NCBI RefSeq assembly: GCF_006345805.1 | Contig: NC_043001.1 | Location: 98,890,001 to 98,954,000 of the forward strand | Direction: 5' to 3' | Origin: Octopus sinensis | Lineage: Eukaryota | Length of the DNA: 64,000 nt | Part shown: in pieces, positions 1 through 11,558 of the stretch | Position numbering within the stretch: the first letter of the stretch is position 1 | Layout: each line of letters starts with the position of its first letter | Notes under the pieces: generated by a model | Databases searched by the model: none | Told to the model about the DNA's origin: nothing | The model's input: only the letters and a program-made list of their open reading frames with translations | Position numbers and translations under genes: made by a program

Positions 1-244
1 TTTTAATGATGTGAAAATAAACAAAATTTAACTGAAATTAACTACAAAAAGACAAAATAGATTCCAAAATGATTCAAAAAAGGATTCTCGAAAAAAATAG
101 ATTCCAAAATTTAAAAACGCAATAAATTCCAAAATTTTAAAAAACAGTGGGAACTTGGTTGCCAACCCAATATATATTATATAAGAGTCAATGTCTTTAT
201 GTGTGTTTGTGTATTGTGTATAGACTCGAAAACTACTAGACCAG

Positions 245-1020
245 TCCTAATGAAATTTGGAATACAAAATCCAAGCCAAGGGAGAAGGGTAATGCTATAT
301 GTTTCATACAATTTTGAGGTGACATAAAGGGAGCAGAACCTCCATGAAAATTCATATATTCAGATTCTGATGAAATTTGAACCATAAGTATTAGAAATAA
401 ATTTTAAAATATTCTTAAAATTTCCATTTCTTTGGATGATTCTAAGACCTCTTAACTCCCAAATTTTAGTCATTTTTCATGGACCAAAATTGTTGAATGG
501 ATCCTTATGATATTTGGAACTTAGATTCAATGCATAAGGGCAGGTATAATGCAGTATGTTTGGTTTGAATTTGAGGAGGCTTAAAGGGAGCAGAACCCCT
601 CATGAAAATTTATAAATTTCCGATGTTGATGGAACTACAACCATGGGTAATTGGCACAAATCAAGAAGTATTCCCAAAGTTTCCACTTCTCATGAGCATT
701 CTAAGACCTCCTAATGGGGGCCTTAACTCCCAAATTTTAGTCATTTTTTATGATCCAAAACGAGGTCAAAAGGACTGAATGGATCTTTATGAAATTTGGA
801 AATTATATTCTATGCATAAGCATGGATGTAATGCAGTATATGTTTGAAAGTGAGGGGGCATAAATGAGGCCATGAAACTTCATATATTTTTGCTGTTGAT
901 GAAATTTTAATCATAGATATTAGACACAAATGAAGTAATATTCCTAAAATTTCAACTTCTTAGGAAGTTAGTAAGACCTCTTAATGGGGGCTTAACCCCA
1001 ACAATTTAGTCATTTTTCCT
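245..1020. repeat. Three diverged ~255-280 bp tandem units, probably the internal array of a non-autonomous Helitron/Helentron-like element starting ~170
   Basis: Units start at ~248, ~503 and ~785 (ATGAWATTTGGAA...GAGG...CATGAAA...TAAGACCTC...TTAGTCATTTTT). The upstream TATATTATATAAGAG...AAAACTACTAGACC...ATGAAATTTGG resembles rolling-circle element 5' ends (family assignment inferred). Confidence 0.6.
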
Positions 1021-1916
1021 AAGCCACTGCGAATACAATTGTAGTTTTGGAAGCTGTACAGTCATCTGAGGATACAAGATAAGCATTATTTGTAATTCAA
1101 TGGTACAACAGTGTAAGAGTTTTCTTTGAGATAGACTGTGATTTCTGCAATGAGGTGTATAAATTGTAAAGAAGAAGTATCTTTGCCTCCACTGATTCAG
1201 TTGCAAAGCGTTAATTTGAGTAAAGTTATTTGGTTGCAGACTTCCTTTGAGTCTTTTTATTATCACTGGGTCAGAGATATTTTCTAGATGGTAACATTGA
1301 TTTCAAGGCCTTTCCAAGAAAACTGTACAGACTTTTGTTTGTATGACTGGATGCATATGATGTCAAATAATTTTCAACATCGAAGCCATAGGGAGTGCTA
1401 AAAATAGCTCTGAAGTGGTAGTCCAATACAACAGCTCTACTAAAAACTAGGAGAAATATATATCAAATTTAGGTTTAATCAATTCATGAATATATATCAA
1501 TGAATTTATTTATTCTTTCCAGTATCTAGTAAAAAAAATTTTTTGTGTGAAACTTCATTTTCTTTTTTATGAATTTTAACTTTGGGGGGGAAATTGCCTT
1601 ACTTATAATCATCATTAAAATGTTACCTATCTTCTTAAGTCACTCTAACAATAACTTATGATAGATCTCTGAAACATTATCAGAAGCCAATGTATATTGA
1701 ATGCATTTCTAGCAAAAACAGTTCTCAGAATATTGATCATTGTTTAAACTGCCAGTCATTAAACCTGATGACTTGTGGCCCACTAGAAAATGCATCAACA
1801 AAAATATATCACACACCAACATCAAGAATGTAATCCTAAAACCTATGTCTGTGCATATAACGCTGGCTTTTCTTCAATTAATCAAATATGCTCTGTAACA
1901 TTTGGTATGTGTTTAA

Positions 1917-2366
1917 CCATTTAATATTTTAAACTGGCCATATCCAGTCCAAATATTCTACTTGTTTTATGCTCAATCCAGTCTGATCTAGTCTCTCACA
2001 CTTACCATTCAATGTCATTCTAAAAACAAACATCACATCATTGAAATCTCAAAGCTATGAGAGAACTCAGATTTATTAATAATCTGTAGGGACACTGTAA
2101 TTCATTGAGTTTGTGTATGATTAATGGGCTGGATAGGTACTGATGAAGGAGCAAAAACTGAAATATGTAATATATGCCTATTACTGATTTTTCATCTTCA
2201 ATCTCATTGTTGTTTACATCAGGTGTCTCAGATATGAAAACATCATAACAAAATCAGTGCTGGCTGTGATTTCTATAAAAAATCTGTAGAGATAACCTTG
2301 AAGATGTTCAAAACAATGGGAATAAATATGCTTCACATTTGACAGAGTAATCTGAATGCTAAAGGG
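1917..2366. mobile_element. piggyBac-type MITE with TTAA target duplication, apparently interrupted by a ~240 bp insert (~2065-2305)
   Basis: TTAA at 1913-1916 and 2367-2370. Right end AATGCTAAAGGG; left end CCATTTAATATT (9/12 match to its reverse complement). Confidence 0.6.
2132..2182 (+). ncRNA. Minimal type I hammerhead-ribozyme-like motif
   Basis: Stem I GATAGGTA/TGCCTATT (8 bp, 2 G-U); CTGATGA at 2140-2146; weak 2-bp stem II; GAAA at 2160-2163; stem III ATAT/ATAT; AUA cleavage triplet ending at 2174. Confidence 0.5.
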
Positions 2367-2902
2367 TTAAAAAGACAGCATTTAGGGCAAATAGAAACAT
2401 AATTTTCAACATCATTACAATATTCAGACCACCATACTTCTGGCCACTGTATATATTTCTAGTGACTATAGTACCAAAATGTACAGCTTTTATGAAAATT
2501 TGTCACAATACCAAATGAACAACAATGTTCCTATTGCAAATAATCATTGTCAACTGTCAGTGAGTCCTGTGTTTAATTGCTTCATAGGGTCTTTCAATTA
2601 TCAAGCAATTATTCCATCTATTCACCTGATTAACAACCTTAGACAAAACTGTACTTCAGTGTAACTTAATGAAGATCATTGAGTTGACTTTGCTGACCCC
2701 AATGCTGAAGACATTGCTTGACTCCTTGTTGCTGCTTGAATCAGCATCAATTTCATGTACTTTCTCAAATTGTTACCCTGAAGACCAGCAGACAAATGTA
2801 ACATATCAAAAGCAGGAGACTTATCCATATTATGGGTATAATCATGTGACCCTTTCTGACATGCATCCGCTGCCAGGTTGGGTGGTGCTTGATGCCATGG
2901 AA

Positions 2903-3295
2903 TAAAATAAACAAAGTTTAGATCAGTTCAAAAATGTTTGAGGCATAATTAGCCTGTAAGACAGCATTTTCACTGTGATTTGCCATGAGGAGAAATTTTT
3001 GCTTTAGGCAGCCCCCCATATATCTTGTTCCAAACTGGCAGCAGATGCATGAGGTAATATCTGCAGATTTTTAAAAGAAAGTGAAGTCTTCCAATCATTT
3101 TGGAGTTGGCTTGCTGGGTATCTTATACTGAAGACAGCTAAGAAGATAGAAATGCATCCATAGGGTTCACTCTGAACTGACTTTGGTGTTTCTAACACCT
3201 TTTACCAAAAGTGAGAATTTTTTTCCATGGCAAACCGTATTGAAAATGCCTATTTCCCAAACATATGTGAACTGATCTAAACTTTGTTTATTTTA
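2903..3295. mobile_element. MITE with long imperfect terminal inverted repeats
   Basis: AAAATAAACAAAGTTTAGATCAGTTCA..ATGTTTG at 2904 is mirrored by CAAACATATGTGAACTGATCTAAACTTTGTTTATTTT ending at 3294. The imperfect IR extends to ~95 bp; possible TA duplication. Confidence 0.7.
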
Positions 3296-3471
3296 CATCA
3301 AGGCTTCAAGCAACACCCATATATAATAAACAATAAGTCAACTGAGATTTAAACTATGCAGTGAAAAGCAGAGCTATAAAGCCAACTGGTGAAAGTGGAG
3401 GACATATTTCAGTGTTATTAGACCTCCATAGTAAAGCATATTCTACTCAGTTGACAAGAATAAGTGTAATC

Positions 3472-3508
<37 letters not shown>

Positions 3509-5402
3509 GTATATATGCATTCTTAGGCTTCCAACACTAACCATTACACAGTCTTTTCTTTTCAAAGTGCTGATCCCCTCGAATTTCATCCCAAGCTGTC
3601 AACTTGAAACTTACTCAAGAAAAACATAAATTTTGTTGACCTTATTGGTCTTAGAGAGACCTGTGAAAGCTATGACCAGAGCCCCTTCCTCAGGAGCATG
3701 GAAATAAAAGAGATAAAACAAACAAAAAAGGAGTAAAAAAGGACAGGATGTCTTTCATTTGTTTTATAACAGTATTGTTGCAGGAGTTTTGTTTGACAAT
3801 GTCATGTGACCGAAGACAGCAGTCTTGGGTTGAAGAGTATTTAAGGAAGCTGCTGCCTTTTCAGGAAAGTCAAGTTTGCTTTGTTTCAATGACAATGTAA
3901 TAGTGGTGCTACTGGCAGGGTTTTGAGAATTTATACAGTCTGATACAGATGGAAAAGCCAATACTCTATAAATATTTTCTCAATTTTGTTTCGTAATAAG
4001 GTGGAGTAGGCTGTTTAATTATTGCTAATACAAACTGTCAAACTAATTACTATGTTAATTGGTGGAATTATATTCTAATATAATTCACTACTCACAAATG
4101 GAATAACATCCTGCAAAGAAACAAGAGGAGTTAAATATTTCCTATTTCTCAGAAACAGCAGAGTGCCAGAATGAACAGTAAGCAGAAGTGTGGCTGACTA
4201 AATTCTTTTCACAACCAAGGAATCCTTTTATTTAAAGGTAAGATCTACTCAATAAGCTTATTTTGTTAACTAACAACAAACTTGTCTCAGCTCAGTTTCA
4301 TCATTTAAGCTGGAAGATATATGAAACTGATTAATTCTACATTTTACACTGCAGCATTGTAAAAGTTTTGAACACATTTCACAGACACTCCCACTCTCCC
4401 ACCATATTACCTCTGTTTGCCCCCCCCCCCACTGTATCTGTTAATCCTAAATTAGGAACAGCGGAACAGCTGCTTTACAGTATTAGTCTTGTTTCTCTGT
4501 GCTCTGTGTCCAAAACTCACCAGTGCTACTCTTTCACATTCATGTAGTCAAATCCTGTTTCCTTTATCCCCTAAGGTTAATGATGCATCTGTCAACCCCA
4601 ACTTTTTCAACTAACAATTTTCACAAACCACACATCTCTAGCTTGATTGAATTATTTTTAGTATTCTTCATCTTTACCTTTCAGCTCTGTGTAAAACATA
4701 GGTCCTCAACATATAACTTCCAAGTCCTTCTCTTATCCTGTGTAATTGTTTTCTCTATTGGCATGCCTAGAAGAACGTCATCAGTCACTGAGACAGAGAA
4801 ATTCCTTCCTTGTCTATTGAAACAGGTAGGTTTGTTTTGCTTTCCCTTGATATTTTCATTGCAAAAAATGTTTTTAATGCAGCAAACCTATTAGCCATAT
4901 ACACAACCACCAACCTGAAAGACTATATATTTTATAATCAGATGAAGCTAATTGAGCCAGATTTCTACAGCTGGATGCCTTTCTTGTCACCGACCCTTAC
5001 CTGCTTCCAAGCAAGATAATGTTTCCCCATGGCCAGTCATGTTTATGCCAAATATTGGGAATGACATCCATTTATAAACCTCACGTGATGTCAAGACAAG
5101 GAAACACATCTGCGCTCACACATAGATTTATATATATATATATGTGTTGGAGGAATAAAGGTAGAATGAGGTATTTTTGCCTCTTGGCTGAAACAGCTGT
5201 AAGTTATTTTCCCAATTTATATTCCTGTATGTTATATTTTAATAATTACTGGTATCTTTATATAATAATATATTTTTATATGTAAAGCATAATATGTTAT
5301 ACATGTATATTCTTGTAATTGTCATTTTAGTAAATAAATAAGTTGACATAATATGTCTAGAAGTTGACGAACCACCTATTGATCCCCTCCATTTTCTTAT
5401 TG

Positions 5403-5443
<41 letters not shown>

Positions 5444-5848
5444 CACACAAACACATACATACACACCCAACACATGATAGGTTTCTTTCAGTTTCTATCT
5501 ACCAAGAAGCTAGACAGTGGGACTGAACCCAAAACCATGCCTTGCTTGCAGACAAGCTGGTGACACCATTCTTTGTACTTCCTGGAAGGTATCCCACACA
5601 TACATACAAAATCTACACACACACACACACATCATCAGACCTTGTGCAGCCTCCTGGCTTGCCAGTCCTCAGTCAGAGTGTCTAACCCATGCCAGCATGG
5701 AAAATGATCATTAAACATTGATGATGATGATGTATGTATGTATATAAGCAAATCAAAAACAAGTGAAAAAGATGTACGCAGTGAATGTATTAGGCAAAGA
5801 ATAGTCTGAGAAAAGCATGTGTGTGGTTACATGGCTGAAGTGACGTAT

Positions 5849-6005
5849 GTGCGTGGCTGTATGGTTGAGAAGTTCATTTCCCAGCCATATGGATTTGGGT
5901 TCAATCCTACTGCATAGCTCCTTGGTCAAGTGTTTTCTGTTATAGCCCTGAGCCGACCAAAGCCTTGTGAGTGGATTTGGTAAACAGAAACTGAAAGAAA
6001 CATGT
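5849..6005 (+). mobile_element. tRNA-derived SINE (copy A specific)
   Basis: A-box-like TGGCTGTATGGT, B-box-like GGTTCAATCC, followed by the body TTGGTCAAGTG...TATAGCCCTGAGCCGACCAAAGCCTTGTGAGTGG. Confidence 0.7.
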
Positions 6006-6344
6006 CATCTCTCCATCTGTCTGTCTGTCTGTCTGTCTCTCTCATTGTGTTTTCTTGTCTTGACATCATGTGATTGTTGTAAATGGATGTCATTCATTTC
6101 CAATATTCTGCAAAAACATGCTTGACCATAGAGATATATTATTGCCAATAATATGCATTCCTAATATCTAGGCATAAAAATCTGAATAAAAAAACAATGT
6201 ATATCGTACATGAATAAATATGGTATACTTGCATCTCAGTAACCCAATCAGTTATATTGCTTGGACACACTGTAAAAACAATTATAACTAATCTCTAAAT
6301 TAAGTAGAAGGCTACACATTTGAGAGATGGATAAAGACAATCAA

Positions 6345-6510
6345 ATAGACTCACCTCTCCCTCGGTACTCTCCCAGTATTTATTTTATCAATACTGGAAA
6401 GATGAAAGGACAAAACAACTATAGCAGTATTTGAACTCAGAACATAAAGATATGCAACTGAATACTGTAAGGCATTTTGTACAATACTGTAACTATTCAT
6501 TCCAACTAGC
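6345..6510 (-). mobile_element. Degraded tRNA-derived SINE just upstream of TLR exon (also 33422-33585)
   Basis: Reverse strand TTCTGAGTTCAAATACTGC...CTTTCATCTTTCC...GATAAAATAAATAC matches the better-preserved SINE at 26318-26550. Confidence 0.6.
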
Positions 6511-6665
6511 ACTCTGTAGGGACACTGTATAATTGGTGGGGGTTTGTATTAATTTTATTTATGCTTCTTAATTTTAAAAATCATTGAATTAAAATAATTA
6601 AAAGATTACCATTTCCTATGTTTGTCTTTGCAGAAACAAACATCAAAATAAAGAACATTGTAACC

Positions 6666-7884
6666 ATGAAGCTTTTACTGATAGTTTTTATATGCATTAT
6701 GTCAATATGCATCGTTAATACTACTTGTCCGGAATCATGCCAGTGCAACAAAGAACAAACAAAAGTTTCATGTAAGAGACAATCTCTAACATCAGTCCCT
6801 AAATCATTGCCGACAACTACAGAAGTTCTCTCATTGGAATATAATTTACTACGAGAAATTACAGCAGAGTCTTTCAAAAATTTAGTTAAACTGAAAGAAC
6901 TGGTTTTAACATCAAACAAAATTTCAGTTATCAGAAAAAATAGTTTTAAATACCAATCCAAACTGGTCTCTCTTTACTTGATCAACAATATCATCCATAC
7001 CATTGAAAATGGTTCTTTTGTTGGGGCCATTTCTTTAGCTAGTATTTATCTGAATTCAAATCAACTAAAAGATGTTCCATGTCTTTATGGTTTAATCTCA
7101 TTGAAACATCTACTCATAAATACCAATCAAATTTCAGAAGTATTCTTTCCTGCTGAATATAGGCAAATAAAAAATCTCACTTATATAAATCTTTCTAATA
7201 ACAAAATAAACCGTCTTACTGTTAATTCTCTTATGAATTTAAATGAGTCAAATATAAAGAAGATCTCATTTTCAAGAAATCAAATCACAAATATTGAACC
7301 AGAAACATTTCGTGTCCTAAGTAACATAAATTCTTTGAATCTTGCAGAAAACCCTTTCACAGCAGATGTCCTTAAAAACTCTCTCTATGCAATGAGAAAT
7401 TTTAACCTTCGCTCTTTGGATCTTTCTGGATTAAAAAAGATAAATGTTCTTGCAGATAACATATTTGAAGCATTACAAAATACTTCCCTTCAAACACTAA
7501 TCTTAAGTCATAGTAACATCTCACGTGTCAGCAGCAACACATTCAAACTATTAGATTCTCTTGAAGTTCTGAAGCTAGATTTTTGTCAAATTGCCAGTTT
7601 AGAAGAATCTACATTCACAAATTTGACTCATTTAAGAAGGCTCTTTCTGAATGGCAATTACATATCTAAGCTAACAGCAGTTTTCCCATCGAAACTACTT
7701 TATTTGTACCTGAACAGTAATAAGATTCAGAAAGTCCCAAGCAAAGTTTTTGATGAGCTGTTTCATTTGATAGAACTTCACCTACAGTACAATAAAATTG
7801 TACAGTTCGACAAAGACGCATTTATAGGCCTGGAGAATCTCAAGACTTTGAAGTTACAACACAATCATATTAATGTTATTCCAG
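6666..7884 (+). CDS. Toll-like receptor copy A, coding exon 1 (signal peptide, LRRNT, LRRs); join(6666..7884,9171..10462), 836 aa
   Basis: ATG in ACCATGA context after a splice acceptor (TTTGCAG, 6633). Hydrophobic signal MKLLLIVFICIMSICIVNT, LRRNT CPESCQC..VSC, repeated LxxLxLxxN. Donor CCAG|GTGAGT, phase 1. Confidence 0.95.
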
Positions 7885-8639
7885 GTGAGTAATAAAAGTT
7901 ATCTTTTAAAGCAGACAAATAGCATTATGCTTTATTGAGTCTCAAGAAAGAGACACAGTTGATTTTGATGGTGGTGTGCCACCCTCCTGGCTGAGGAGTA
8001 AAAACAAAATGCCTCAGTAGATATAGTGCTGAACAACTAATCCTTATGTTAAAGTATTCTTCAAGCACTTGTGTATTTAGATACAATGCTTGTTTATTTA
8101 GGGAGTGCATTTATGTATTTAGGGAATTATACTTGTCTATTTAGGGATTTTCTTGTCAATTTAGCACTTAATTTTATATGCCTCGGTATTCAGTATCGTC
8201 TGAGAATGCTACTTATCAGAAACTATCTTTTCATCTACTTGGGGCCTGAAATATGGAGGGCTGCACCATTTAAGCTCTATGAACAGGCTGTATCAAAGGC
8301 ATACTGCTATAAAAAGTGACAAGAGTAAGAAAGTTAGATGATTTCCTATAAAAACTTTAATTAGAGGTATTAGTTAGAGTTTGTGAGGAGAGACTACTGC
8401 AATGGGTGTAATTTTCTAGATGAAGAAAAACCCTGTTATTTAATATTATAGCATCAGGTCAGTCATGACTGAGCAGAACAATGACTGTTGATGTTCCAGC
8501 TTTGAGCAACCTTTCCTTTTAGTGGGTATTTCTAGTGCTACATTTGCCAATGCTTCCTTCTTTTTTAAGACTGAGGGCTTGGAATTTTGAGGAAAGTATC
8601 ATGGTTTGTGAATACATTATACATGAGGGAGTAAAAGAA

Positions 8640-8887
8640 AGTAGTAAAGTTCCTTCCTGAATCATATAGACTCATAGGGATAGTTTCCATGGCATGAATA
8701 TATTCCCCACCTAGACAGGACACTAGTCTGTTGCAGGATTACTCATTTTTACCAGCCGAGTGGACTGGAGCAAAATGAAATGAAGTGTTTTGCTCAAGAA
8801 CACAACGTGTGAGTTGGTCCAGATATCAAAACCACGATTTTACAATTATGAGTCCAACACCCTAACCACTATGCCACATGCCTCCAC
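8640..8887 (-). mobile_element. tRNA-derived SINE in the TLR-A intron (orthologue 35716-35963)
   Basis: Reverse strand GTGGAGGCATGTGGCATAGTGGTTAGGGTGTTGGACTC tRNA-like head, then GTGTTCTTGAGCAAAACACTTCATTTC core. Confidence 0.75.
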
Positions 8888-9170
8888 TATGCATGAGGGA
8901 AGTAGAACTAAAATCAAGATAAAATAAGTTATTGAAGGGTAAGATACATATGTTTTGGGTTTATAGAACAACTTATTCTTACATCAATGCATAATTGATA
9001 TATGAAAGAAGTAAGGTGTGAGGAAAAGGTGCCGCCATCGGTCAAGGCTGCTGCACAACTAATGTGCAATGCCTGGAACTGGGTATGAGGATAATGAAAA
9101 CATGTACCTGACATTATGATTATAGAACGTTGTGATGTATGATGCAATGTTTATCTATTATTTCTTGCAG

Positions 9171-10462
9171 GTGGTTTATTTTCTACATTGGCTGGTCTGT
9201 CAGATTTACAACTTGGTTCCAATGACATAACTACTATACCTGAAGAAATTTTCATCAGACTAAAATCCCTGAGTTTTCTGGATCTATCCAATAATCATAT
9301 TTCCAAGATGCCCAAAAGTTTTTCAAAAGAGTTAACTCGAATAAGAAAATTATATTTAGATTCTAACAAACTTGGGAAATTCTTATCTACTGACAAAAAG
9401 GGCTTCCTGCTGAGTGGTCTTAAAAATTTGGAAAGAATTGATTTATCTTATAATGAAATTCAAGGCCATTTGTCTAAGAAAATCTTTCAAAACAATAAAC
9501 ATCTGAAATATATCTATTTCAGGGGAAATAAAATTACTGGATGGGAAAACAACACATTTGAGGTAACAAATTTAACACTGATGGAACTTGATGTCAGTAA
9601 TAACTTCATAATTACTTTTGATAGTGATTCTTTAAAGTATATAAACAGGAAGAAAAAGTTCAACATTACTTTGAACCCATTTGCATGTGACTGCAATCTT
9701 CGTTGGTTCAGGGACTGGTTAAATACTACAACAGTAGATATTGTAGACAAAAACGACTTGATGTGCAACAGTCCTCCAGATTGGCAGGGCAAGAAATTAC
9801 TTGATTTCAGTCGGTCAAAGATAGATTGTACTGACTATACGCTTTACTATATCTTAGCTGGTGGAGGTGGAGGTTTTCTCTTAACTGTTGTCATAGTTAT
9901 ATTTGCATACACTAAACGTTGGTACATCAAATTTAAGATGTTTAAACTTTATCAGTATGTACAGAAATCAGGCAATGAAAAAGAGTATGAAGCTATACCT
10001 GGAGATGACATGTATTTCGATGGGTACATCAGTTACTCTGACAAAGATAGTGAATGGGTTGAAAAGTATTTGATGCACACGTTTGATAATGGAGAAAATG
10101 GAGAAAATAAGAACAATGGAAACTTTAAACTTTGCTTTCGAAACAGGGACTTTGCTTATGGAAAATATATTATTGGAATGATAGAAAGTTCTCTGGCTGT
10201 GAGTAAGAAAATGATAGTGGTTCTAACACCATATTATAAAAAGGACAAGAGATGTGAATTTGAATTGCAACTTGGTATTATGAAGCTTAATATAAGGAAT
10301 GTGATGCCTATTGTGCTCAAAAACTTACAACCAAATCAGATTCCCAATAGTCTGAAAGAAATCTTTGAAACAAATAAATTTATTGAATGGGACAATAATG
10401 AGTATGCTACAAATTTTATAAAACGTAAACTGGAAAATTTCCTTAATGAACAGAACCTCTAA
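9171..10462 (+). CDS. Toll-like receptor copy A, coding exon 2 (LRRs, LRRCT, TM, TIR)
   Basis: Acceptor TTCTTGCAG|GT restores the frame (IP-GGLFSTLAGL). LRRCT NPFACDC...C...C; TM YYILAGGGGGFLLTVVIVIFAY; TIR box1 FDGYISYSDKD and LCFRNRDFAYG; stop TAA at 10460-10462. Confidence 0.95.
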
Positions 10463-10833
10463 ATATATATAGTTCATAACTATTAAGTATGTATGTATAT
10501 ATATATATATATATATATACTCTTTAAGGGTCAGCTTGTAAATTCATGATGCAATGTAAGCCACAGTCACTTCTGTGGTATAAAGACAAATCAAAAGATA
10601 ACTTAGAGTGAAAACTTTGAAAATCTTGCTGGAAAGAGTGCATTTTCCAAATTTCAAATCTCAAAAGGTACTTCATCCAGAGTAGTTACTGGAAAAGAGG
10701 AAAAGAATCAAGAAAACAAAAGTCTTCCTGCAAAGCATCATTGTTCACATTGTAATTTTCCATTTGCTGTCTTTTTATTTAATCCTGAAAATATTTTATA
10801 TGTAAAGCATGTACTCATTAATTTTTTACCCAT

Positions 10834-10919
<86 letters not shown>

Positions 10920-10929
10920 GTATATCTAT

Positions 10930-11558
10930 AGTTCATAGATGAGAATCAGATATTCCCCATATAGAATACACTTAGTAGTGCTCGAGATTTAAACTTGAGC
11001 ATGTATAGAAGTAAATGTAGAGAGAAGCGAGTTCGACAGATCAATATATAAAGTATATCAAATACATGAAATACAAAAAAATGTTTATATATGTTTACAT
11101 ACAAAAAGGTCCTACTTACAGAGAATACGAATAACATAGAGAATTAAAGGTGTTGAAGAAAACTAATACAAATCCAACAGCTGTTTCTGGGGGCTCAGTG
11201 GTTCAAAATAATGTTTGTAGATTAATTCCATTGTAGAATGAGACAAGCCTCCATCTTCAGGGAAGAGATCTTATGTTTGAGGTGTTGGAGGAAAGAAGTT
11301 CAAAGATGGAATGATTTTTGTGGAGAGTTAAGTGTATCAGCAGGGAATTGGGGAGGTATTCAGAGAAAGAATAGTAGAAGGAGAAAATAAATTTCATGTA
11401 AACATATGTACATTTTGTATTTCATGTATTTAATATACTTTATATATTGATCTGTCTAACTTATCCCTACATTTACTTCTATATCTGCTCAAGTTTAAAT
11501 CTTTTGACCTCTACTAAGTGTATTCTATATGGGACTATCTGATTCTCATCTATGAACT
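10930..11558. mobile_element. Foldback element: ~170 bp inverted arms (10930-11100, 11396-11558) around a ~295 bp core with a hammerhead motif, flanked by (TA)n; probable inverted PLE pseudo-LTR
   Basis: AGTTCATAGATGAGAATCAGAT...ATGTTTACAT is the imperfect reverse complement of ATGTAAACAT...CTCATCTATGAACT. PLE origin is inferred from the hammerhead and the inverted architecture. Confidence 0.7.
11173..11263 (-). ncRNA. Type I hammerhead-ribozyme-like motif, intact core
   Basis: Minus strand: TCC-CTGAAGA-TGGAGGCT...AGCCCCCA-GAAA-CAGCTG-TT-GGA. Stem II 7/8 paired, palindromic stem III ACAGCTGT, GUU triplet, 3-bp stem I. Confidence 0.65.

Noticed and set aside
1020-1720. Possible very old LINE coding remnant on the minus strand
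   Set aside because: Too many stops and no motif I can identify with confidence.
1765-1800. Other CTGANGA...GAAA coincidences (1765, 3128, 15011-15035, 23011, 50860, 51503)
   Set aside because: Stem I and/or stem II cannot be formed, or GAAA is missing.
3764-4894. Small ORFs conserved between the copies (3764-3961, 4499-4894 and their copy B equivalents; also 7925-8319)
   Set aside because: Conservation is explained by the recent duplication or conversion; there are no recognisable domains.
6618-6665. Upstream in-frame ATG extending the TLR N-terminus (also 33693)
   Set aside because: It lies in a pyrimidine tract just before a consensus acceptor. The ATG at 6666 has better context and starts the signal peptide directly.
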